Below are positions 54,969 through 64,000 of a DNA stretch of 64,000 bases, piece after piece (position 1 is the first letter of the stretch; each line of letters opens with the position of its first letter). Origin of the DNA: Nemertoderma westbladi. Taxonomy: Eukaryota > Animalia > Xenacoelomorpha. The notes below the pieces were generated by a model. It was given only the letters and a program-made list of their open reading frames with translations, was not told the origin of the DNA and made no database searches. The position numbers were made by a program, and so were the translations under genes. The stretch covers positions 1 through 64,000 of the forward strand of contig JAUCBJ010003075.1 in NCBI GenBank assembly GCA_032718475.1, read 5' to 3'.

Positions 54969-55923
54969 TGGAGACGGAACAGTGTCGCTTACCTGTGTTG
55001 TAACTGGAGACGGAACAGTGTCGCTTACCTGTGTTGTAACTGGAGACGGAACAGTGTCGCTTACCTGTGTTGTAACTATGGAGACGGAACAGTGTCGCTT
55101 ACCTGTGTTGTAACTGATACGGAACAGTGTCGCTTACCTGTGTTGTAACTGGTTACGGAACAGTGTCGCTTACCTATGTTGTAACTGGAGACGGAACAGT
55201 GTCGCTTACCTGTGTTGTAACTGGAGACGGAACAGTGTCGCTTACCTGTGTTGTAACTGGTTACGGAACAGTGTCGCTTACCTATGTTGTAACTGGAGAC
55301 GGAACAGTGTCGCTTACCTGTGTTGTAACTGGTTACGGAACAGTGTCGCTTACCTATGTTGTAACTGGAGACGGAACAGTGTCGCTTACCTGTGTTGTAA
55401 CTGGAGACGGAACAGTGTCGCTTACCTGTGTTGTAACTGGAGACGGAACAGTGTCGCTTACCTGTGTTGTAACTGGAGACGGAACAGTGTCGCTTACCTG
55501 TGTTGTAACTGGAGACGGAACAGTGTCGCTTACCTGTGTTGTAACTGATAAGGAACAGTGTCGCTTACCTGTGTTGTAACTGGTTACGGAACAGTGTCGC
55601 TTACCTATGTTGTAACTGGAGACGGAACAGTGTCGCTTACCTGTGTTGTAACTGGAGACGGAACAGTGTCGCTTACCTGTGTTGTAACTGGAGACGGAAC
55701 AGTGTCGCTTACCTGTGTTGTAACTATGGAGACGGAACAGTGTCGCTTACCTGTGTTGTAACTGATACGGAACAGTGTCGCTTACCTGTGTTGTAACTGG
55801 AGGCGGAACAGTGTCGCTTACCTGTGTTGTAACTGGAGACGGAACAGTGTCGCTTACCTGTGTTGTAACTGGAGACGGAACAGTGTCGCTTACCTGTGTT
55901 GTAACTGGAGACGGAACAGTGTC
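54969..55923. repeat. Exon-proximal part of the same 36-bp satellite (about 27 units); its last 30 bp are coding sequence of the EDEM3 exon
   Basis: Same unit as 1-46952; ends at ...GGAACAGTGTC|ACCTAAATAC, in frame with the exon. Confidence 0.98.
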
Positions 55924-56056
55924 ACCTAAATACAGCGGAATTAGGTGGGCCTCTGTCGTGAAGACAAATTCATCAATTGGCAAAATAACATCGTCGTCAT
56001 TGGCAAACAGGAGGAAAAGATACTTGAACGTTTCAGCTAAGACGAAAGAGTCCATT
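55894..56056 (-). CDS. EDEM3: EDEM3-like exon (end of the GH47 mannosidase domain): (R)[54 protein letters not shown]
   Basis: GH47 motifs SF.LAET.KYL.LLF and FTTEAH. Acceptor tttgtag, first donor CAG|GTAAGC; 163 bp, phase-compatible with the upstream exon (AG|A = Arg). The 3' boundary is uncertain because the donor is repeated. Confidence 0.9.
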
Positions 56057-56361
56057 CTACAAAGTGACAAAAATGTGATGAGTTCAGTCTAAAAAGCAAT
56101 TTATTTTCCTGTACAGAAATTCAACGAATTTATATTACACTTATTTATTTTTATCGAACTCAATAAAGGGACAACAACTTATATTAGAACAGCTACCAAT
56201 TAAAGTCATCCCAAAATTAATGAAAATATCACCAAAAAAAATAATTCAACACCAAATAAAATTATTAAAATTAAAACAAATTTTTCAACACCAAAAACAA
56301 TTATTCAACACCAAAACCAATTATTCAATAGCAAAATAATTACAAATTTTCCCAAAACAAA

Positions 56362-58086
56362 GGGTAGGTGTAAAACGCGGATCCGGATCCGGATCCGGAT
56401 TCAGGATCCGGATACGGAACAGGACCCGGATTTGCGAGTGTAAAAGGCGGATCCAGATTTACATACAATCCGTAACTGAGTGTAATATGCGGATTCTGAA
56501 ATACGCAATCCGTATTGCAGTGTAAAACGCGGATTCATATATTTTGTGAATCCGGAATCAATAAAACTTGGTAATTAACGTAAATCCGTGTTTTACACTC
56601 CATTCCGGATCCAATAAAACTTGATAATTAACGTAAATCCGTGTTTTACACTCCATTCCGGATCCAATAAAACTTAGTAATTAACGCAAATCCGCGTTTT
56701 ACACCCCTTCCCGGATCCAATAAAACTTGGTAATTAACTAGAATCCGCGTTTTACACCCCTTCCCGGATCCAATAAAACATGGTAATTAACTTGAATCCG
56801 CGTTTTACACTCCATTCCGGATCCAATAAAACTTGATAATTAACGTAAATCCGTGTTTTACACTCCATTCCGGATCCAATAAAACTTAGTAATTAACGTA
56901 AATCCGTGTTTTACACTCCATTCCCGGATCCAATAAAACTTAGTAATTAACGCAAATCCGCGTTTTACACCCCTTCCCGGATCCAATAAAACTTGGTAAT
57001 TAACTAGAATCCGCGTTTTACACCCCTTCCCGGATCCAATAAAACTTGGTAATTAACGTAAATCCGTGTTTTACACTCCATTCCGGATCCAATAAAACTT
57101 GGTAATTAACGTAAATCCGTGTTTTACACTCCATTCCGGATCCAATAAAACTTAGTAATTAACGTAAATCCGTGTTTTACACTCCATTCCGGATCCAATA
57201 AAACTTAGTAATTAACGCAAATCCGCGTTTTACACCCCTTCCCGGATCCAATAAAACTTGGTAATTAACTAGAATCCGCGTTTTACACCCCTTCCCGGAT
57301 CCAATAAAACATGGTAATTAACTTAAATCCGCGTTTTACACTCCATTCCGGATCCAATAAAACTTGATAATTAACGTAAATCCGTGTTTTACACTCCATT
57401 CCGGATCCAATAAAACTTAGTAATTAACGTAAATCCGTGTTTTACACTCCATTCCGGATCCAATAAAACTTGATAATTAACGTAAATCCGTGTTTTACAC
57501 TCCATTCCGGATCCAATAAAACTTAGTAATTAACGTAAATCCGTGTTTTACACTCCATTCCGGATCCAATAAAACTTGATAATTAACGTAAATCCGTGTT
57601 TTACACTCCATTCCGGATCCAATAAAACTTAGTAATTAACGTAAATCCGCGTTTTACACCCCTTCCCGGATCCAATAAAACTTGGTAATTAACTAGAATC
57701 CGCGTTTTACACCCCTTCCCGGATCCAATAAAACATGGTAATTAACTTGAATCCGCGTTTTACACCCCTTCCCGGATTTAATAAAACTTTGTAATAAACC
57801 TGAATCCGTATTTTACACCCAATCCCGGATTCAGTAGAAAAATGAATCCGCGTTTTACACTCCGTTCAGGATTTAGCCTAAAATATGAATCCGCGCTTTA
57901 CACTCCGTTCCGGATCTGAAAAAAAGGCCAATCCGCATTTTACACTCGGTTACGGATTCGGTAAATTTAGCAGTGCGCGGATCCGCAGATTACACCCTAA
58001 AAATGTAAATTCAGTCGACTTCCATAGGGACAATGTTAAATGATAGAATCCGGATCCTGATCCGGATCCGCGTTTTACTCTGACCC
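56362..58086. mobile_element. Non-autonomous MULE (Mutator)-like element nested in the foldback's left arm
   Basis: ~40-bp imperfect TIRs GGGT(AG/CA)G(T/A)GTAAAACGCGGATCCGGATC.GGATCCGGATTC; 9-bp direct repeat CAAAACAAA (56353-56361, 58087-58095), although the flank is low complexity. Confidence 0.8.
56552..57830. repeat. 53-bp tandem repeat (about 24 copies) inside the MULE-like element
   Basis: Unit CCGGATCCAATAAAACTTGATAATTAACGTAAATCCGTGTTTTACACTCCATT with variants; contains the TIR core ATCCG(C/T)GTTTTACAC. Confidence 0.93.
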
Positions 58087-58240
58087 CAAAACAAATACAT
58101 TTTCGCCCAAAATAAATACATTTTCCCCAAAACAAATACATTTTCCCTCAAAACAAATACATTTTCCCCCAAAACAATCACATTTTCCCCAAAACAAATA
58201 CATTTTCCCCCAAAACAATTACATCTTCCCCCAAAACAAA
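58087..58240. repeat. 20-21 bp minisatellite (CCCCAAAACAAATACATTTT), left foldback arm
   Basis: About 7 imperfect tandem copies. Confidence 0.8.
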
Positions 58241-58554
58241 ATAAATAACAAAATAAATACTACTGCAGCAATAGGCCTTGCACTTCCTGGAAGTTAGACA
58301 AAAAAATTCGAGACGGGGGGGGGGGGGGGGGGGGGGGGGGAAACTGGACGCAAATCCCGCCTTGGCGAATTAATATCTCGCCTCAATGTTAAATTCTCAA
58401 TTTAGGGAAAGGAGCAGGTTACAGTGGCACGTTATTTTAACCAAAACAATAAACTAAAGACAATTAATAGAACATATTTAGAGTTTTATTTTTGACTGTA
58501 AATATTTTTTATTTTATTTACCCTATCTGAAAACTTCAGTACTGCCGTATTAAT

Positions 58555-59205
58555 AATTGAATAATTGTTTTTCGGGGAAGAATAATTGTTTTTGGGGGAT
58601 GAATAATTGTTTTTGGGGGAAGAATAATTGTCTTTGGGGGAAGAATAATTGTTTTTGGGGGATGAATAATTGTTTTTGGGGGAAGAATAATTGTTATTGG
58701 GGGATGAATAATTGTTTTTGGGGGAAGAATAATTGTCTTTGGGGGAAGAATAATTGTTTTTGGGGGATGAATAATTGTTTTTGGGGGAAGAATAATTGTT
58801 ATTGGGGGATGAATAATTGTTTTTGAGGGATGAATAATTGTTTTTGGGGGAAGAATAATTGTTTTTGGGGGAAGAATAATTGTTTTTGGGGGATGAATAA
58901 TTGTTTTTGGGGGAAGAATAATTGTTTTTGGGGGAAGAATAATTGTTTTTGAGGGATGAATAATTGTTTTTGGGGGAAGAATAATTGTTTTTGGGGGAAG
59001 AATAATTGTTTTTGGGGGAAGAATAATTGTCTTTGGGGGGTGAATAATTGTTTTTGGGGGTAGAATAATTGTTTTTGGGGGATGAATAATTGTTTTTGGG
59101 GGGTGAATGATTGTTTTTGGGGGTAGAATAATTGTTTTTGGGGGATCAATAATTGTTTTTGGGGGATGAATAATATGATTTTTGGGGGATGAATAATTGT
59201 TTTGG
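58555..59205. repeat. 21-bp minisatellite (GAATAATTGTTTTTGGGGGA[A/T]), about 30 copies, right foldback arm
   Basis: Tandem copies; explains the spurious PPKTIIL/H ORF. Confidence 0.93.
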
Positions 59206-59436
59206 GTGAGAAGGATATTCAAAATTGGGGGATGCGAATTGGTGCTGCAATAAAATATATTTGGTGCAAAATAATTTATTTTGGTGTTAAATCATCTAAT
59301 TTGGGGTGGCATTCAATTAGTGGCGCATTAGAACTAGCAGAGCTCTGCAGACCGTCGATGTTTACTGATATTATTTACCCTAAGGTACTTTATATACTAT
59401 TATTCCTACTTTATACGCTGTGTTAACATTATTTAC

Positions 59437-59584
59437 CTGTCCTCCAGAGCTCCGGTTGTGAGGTCCTTTATACCGGCGAAGCCACAGTTTACTCTCGCTT
59501 TGGCTTGTAATTGGCGGATTATGGACTCGCCAACCTCAAGATAGTGAGTATCATTGGTCGCCTTGTAGAGGTAGTACGTGCTCT
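59437..59584 (-). CDS. EDEM3: EDEM3-like exon: (E)[48 protein letters not shown](R)
   Basis: Manual translation (not in the ORF track). Acceptor ttttag, donor CAG|GTAAAT, 148 bp. Matches the EDEM3 pattern ESTY.LYKAT.D..YLEVG...ARV.CGFA..KD..TG..EDRMDSF as recalled. Confidence 0.92.
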
Positions 59585-60149
59585 CTAAAATAATACAAAT
59601 AAAACTGTCATTAATTAATTAATAACCTCAAAATATGTATAGCTATGCAGAACGGTTTACTGTATCTAAATCAACCAACAATAATCCATGACGTTCTAAC
59701 GGTTAAATCAATTTCGGTTGTTTATCAACGGTTTCCCACAATTATAGGTTAGTGCGATTCTACAGAAGAGTTTAAGTTTAAACCCGGAAAGATTCGAATA
59801 AAGTTCAATAGAAGTTCGATCCCCGCATGGGGGGGGGGGGGGGGGGTCGTCGGCACGAATGCTTTTTAAATTATCTAGCCAGGGTGCTAGCATCTCTGCC
59901 TTAAATGGTAGGTAATTGAGTACTGGGGTATAGTATATCCAGTATAGTATAGTATAGATAAGGGGGGGGGGGGGGGGGGGGGCATGACCTACTATAACAC
60001 GACCCGGAATGCTGCTGCAGGCGTAAAAATTTAGTGGGGTAACTTTCAACCTTAATAACATTTTTCCACTTTATCTGCTGGTCACAAAAATTTCACTAAT
60101 TCTAGATTAGTAAATTTTTTACCTTTTGAGGAAATTTTTTTTGCTGCCA

Positions 60150-60618
60150 ATTACCATAGCAACCAGTAATGTCATTTCAATATATACAATTATTTTGCAT
60201 TTTACAACTGAACACTTATATCGATTAAGTCAAAACTTGAATCAGGTATAGTATGGTTAGTTGCCAATATTCTGAGAAGGTTTTAACATCACCTAGTTGC
60301 CATAGCTACCAGCAGCGACGATTTAAAATATACACTTTTCACCTATATTTCAGATAAAAAGTTAGAATTTTTCTTTTTAAGAAATTCAATATGCTGATCA
60401 AGATAATAATATCTCGTCATTTCTTGCGCGCCGCCGGGTGGGGGGGGGGGGGGTGTATATTTTGTACTTAAGGTTGCCATAGCAACTGGTATTCAAGTTT
60501 AAATATGTTTTTATTGGAATATTCTTATTGCTACTGACATACCTTCATGAAAAATTATTGGTTTGTATAATTGTAACAAATTTATAAAATTATTTTACTA
60601 CCTGGTTACCGTAGTAAC
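60150..60618. other. Cluster of four GTTGCCATAGCAAC-like palindromes (RFX X-box-like; possibly transposon subterminal motifs)
   Basis: ATTACCATAGCAAC at 60150, GTTGCCATAGCTAC at 60296, GTTGCCATAGCAAC at 60473, GTTACCGTAGTAAC at 60605. Confidence 0.55.
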
Positions 60619-61460
60619 CATCAAAACTATGCTTTATAATAATTTTCAACAATTTCTATAATTTATTATTTCTCAGCACTTTTAGTCACTACTACTGGTA
60701 TCAACGAAATATTATTAATGAAACTTTACCTTTTAATTTTACTTCTAGAAGAACGATCGCTTGTCTGTCCGTACGTTGAGCTGACATTTACCAAGTATTT
60801 CATCGTTCCCTATATTGTTTCGTTGATAATCGTTCTTGCTCAATCGAAGTTTTCCTTGTTGTAAAGGAACTTAGTCAATCCTATGTCGGAAAATCTATTA
60901 CAAAATCAATCCATAGATAAAATTTGTTAAGTCTAGCCTGAAATGTATACAATCTACTGAGGTATCGGCATAGTCGTCCGTTGTTAGAGGTTCCAAAATA
61001 ATATTATTCTCATCTGCAAATTTATAAACTATTATTTTTTGAAATGACTTGACAAGGCCATGCTTAGATCGAATGGGAATTCTTGCATTTTTCATTATTT
61101 AAACGTTTACTGCAACTTTATGTAGAAGACATTTACTAATTATATGTAAATAATATGGGTTGTCTTGTACACAATATTTGAATTCCAGAATTCATAAGCA
61201 ATTGTAGCTACTTAAATGTGTTGATGCATGTATACTTATTAAGGCATTACCGGTAAAGTTTCCATCTTGGCACTTTTTCTGTCTTTGTTTGCCTATAATA
61301 GGCCTATGTAATATATTATCAGTATTGTTTTTATTGTTCTAGAACAATTACTATATCATCTATCAGATATTTATAGCTATTAATTTTTAGTTAAAGCACC
61401 TCTTTTTATTGGTACTTTTCTGCTATTGGTGACCCACCCCCTTTTTTGTAACGGTACTAG

Positions 61461-64000
61461 CTTTAAACGGAGATAAATTAACTGCATTTAGATTGGAACT
61501 AGGTGATATCACAAAGGTGAAGGAATGCATAACAATTGATAAAGAATTGCATGTTAAGCTGTCGCATGATGGAGTTCCAGTTCCCAACCCTGTTTGGCTA
61601 AGGTATGAAAATATTGACAATCTTCATTTTATTTCACGGCATTTTTTAACTTAAATTTAGAAAAAATATTTCTTCCTATACTTAATATTATGTCCAAGTA
61701 ATGTACCGATATAAATTAAAATTATATGTGAAAATATGGTTTGTTTAGAAACTATACTCGATAGACCTAGTCTTAGACCTTGCCACATTAACACACCAAA
61801 TTAATCATATTCACAGTGTGTTTTCTTATGCGTATTTTTAAACAGAAATTGTCCAAATGCGTTACTGTGTCTATATTAAATCACAACTTTTTTCAGAAAT
61901 GCAAGATGCAAGCTTTCTTCCACAACAATGATTCCAAATCTTTTATCCTATTTACGTAATTTTGGTCAGGATTCCCGAGGTCTTATTAGAAGCTTACTGG
62001 ATCTGCAGCACAATAAACCGAAAGGGATACCCATATATACTAGCGACCAACTTCGTTTCGCCTTGCTACTCAGATATACTTCCTTCTCGGCATATAAGGT
62101 AGCCCATATTGTTAATATAATATTATTTGAATAGTTTTACAATATGCTAGTATGTTCTGGAGTCGTTTATTATTTTTTTAAATATAATTTTTCAATTTAT
62201 TTATCCGTAATTTTTCACACACCAAAAAGTATCGTTTTGAGTAAAACTGGAAATTCAGATAGGCAGACAACACATGTGAAAATACAAAAAATTATTTTGC
62301 ATACAAAAATATATTACATAATTTTGTTCATTATATTTTAGGTACTACGAAATGAAATTCCTCTGCCGTCGGATCGGCTTCTCCGCAAACTAATATCTGG
62401 TCATGTCAATGCGATAAAGGCAATAACGACCCTCAGAGACGAAAACCGAATTGGTAACGATGTGGTACTACTAGTGGACGAGATGTATTTACAACAACAA
62501 CAGCAGTACGGTGGAGGAGAATTAGTTGGGTTGGATGATAATGGTGAACTTTTTACGGGAATTCTTTGCTTCATGATTGTTTCCTTGAAATTATCAATAC
62601 CAATCGTTGTTCATGCTATCCCAGAGTACAGTTGCACAGCTAAACTTGTCTCGGATGGGATCACAACATGTATCAAAAACATTACCGATGAAAATTTCAA
62701 TATTCATGCAATTATATCCGATAACAATAAATCTAATGTATCGGCCTTTAATAAACTTGCAACGGATTCACCTGGTGAAAAACCGAATACCATCAAATCA
62801 GAAACTGGTGGAAATATTTACCCTTTATATGACCCCGTCCATATCATGAAAAATATTAGAAACAATTTGGCAAGTCAAGGTTATTTCAATATCGGCGAAC
62901 CCTTTCATTATAAACTCAATGGAAGGACATTCACAGTTCCCACTGGTCAGGTGAAATGGTCACTGCTTTACAAAATTGAAGAAATTGACTCAAAACGTGA
63001 AACTTGTTTACGTTTAGCTCCTAAACTGTCATACGGCGCAACACATTTCGGAAACAAAAAACAAAACGTTCCCCTCGCATTAGCAATTTTCGATTTATAT
63101 ACCATTTCAGCGTGCCTCTATTATTTCCCAACGGAAGAGTGTACTGCGGAGTTCTTGCGTCTTATCAACAATTGGTGGTTAGTAGTCAACGCAAAAGAAA
63201 GATTCCATCCTCTAGCTATTGGCAATGCGATGGTGAAAGGCGATGGAAAAGTTGACTTTCTGAACAACTTTTCTGATTGGCTTGAAAAACCAGCTCATAA
63301 GTTGTTAACTAAAGAAACTAGAAGCGCCTTGATTCAGACAAACCGGGGTATTGCCAACTTGTGTACCGAGTTACTCGATAGCAGCTTTGAGTATGTGCTT
63401 ACCGGAAAATTGCAAACTGATCCATTGGAGCGTCATTATTCGAAGTACAGACAGATGAGTGGAGGCCGATTTTTGGTAAGTTTAATGGAGGTTTTGCGCT
63501 CTGAAAATATATTGCGAGTGAAATCAATACTAAAGGAGAGCATATCGTTGGAAAAAGTTATCGAGGAAAGTAAAACTAACAATTACACGGAACTCTGTGA
63601 AAGCGTGGATCATATTGAATTCGTATACGAAACAGATGAAGCCACAAAGGAAGCCACCGTATGCGTTGCTGGTTACATTGCTCACAAACTACTAAAAAGC
63701 AATAAATGTAAAACATGCAACGATACAATTGCTGCAGGATTCATCAAGAGCAACCGACCGGCCATTCTTCGATCTACTCAATCAAGGGGGATTAACATAC
63801 CCAGCAACGAATCTTCGCGAGATTGTCAAAGATTCTTTTTTAATTTTGGCACAAGTGGAGACACTACTGCGTGGGCGGTCTCTCCCATTTCGACCAGCAG
63901 CACTTGCTATATTGCAACATGTACTTGGAAATAGTCCATCATTAGAAATTGGCTGTCAACGCCATTCATATTCTTCTACTATTTTCACTACAGTGTGCAA
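61461..64000 (+). pseudogene. Spliced P-element/THAP9-like transposase; exons ~61461-61602, 61897-62098 and 62342->64000; +1 frameshift near 63725
   Basis: Motifs DEMY, IISDN, YDPVHIMKNIRNN, KQNV.LA, LQTDPLE.HYS.YRQMSGG and AGYI..K...C..C, with LNQGGLTYP in the shifted frame. The GT-AG introns join in phase (WLR|NARC; SAYK|VLRNEIPLPS). The 5' boundary is uncertain; TIRs and THAP domain were not identified. Confidence 0.85.

Larger units (their letters stand above)
56191..59326. mobile_element. Older foldback/MULE-like non-autonomous element with long minisatellite-containing inverted arms
   Basis: The termini are degenerate inverted repeats (AGCTACCAATTAAAGTCATCCCAAAATTA vs revcomp CGCCACTAATTGAATGCCACCCCAAATTA). 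Flanked by direct repeat ATTAGAAC (56183-56190, 59327-59334). The arms carry ~21-bp CCAAAAACAATTATT-type units in opposite orientations. Confidence 0.7.

Noticed and set aside
58536-59222. 228-aa PPKTII-repeat protein
   Set aside because: Translation of the 21-bp minisatellite in a foldback arm inside an intron.

Overview
Eukaryotic (probably invertebrate metazoan) genomic DNA, not prokaryotic. The window lies inside a minus-strand EDEM3-like gene (ER alpha-mannosidase, GH47), of which two exons are visible (59584-59437 and 56056-55894). About 48 kb (1-46952 and 54969-55923) is a 35-38 bp tandem repeat of roughly 1,300 units. Read on the gene's sense strand, the unit is the last 30 nt of the EDEM3 exon plus the first 6 nt of its intron (GACACTGTTCCGTCTCCAGTTACAACACAG|GTAAGC). 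The intron (>55 kb) is thus largely built from tandem copies of its own splice donor, each in a YAG|GTAAG context. A non-autonomous CACTA/EnSpm-type element (46953-54968) interrupts the array. It contains an intact CsRn1-clade Ty3/Gypsy retrotransposon (48774-54052) with LTRs identical by eye and an unusual two-helix hydrophobic insert between protease and RT. The intron between the two exons holds a foldback-like element with a nested MULE-like element. The next intron upstream holds a spliced, frameshifted P-element/THAP9-like transposase on the + strand. Most short ORFs in the track are repeat artefacts. All comparisons were made by eye; no searches were run.
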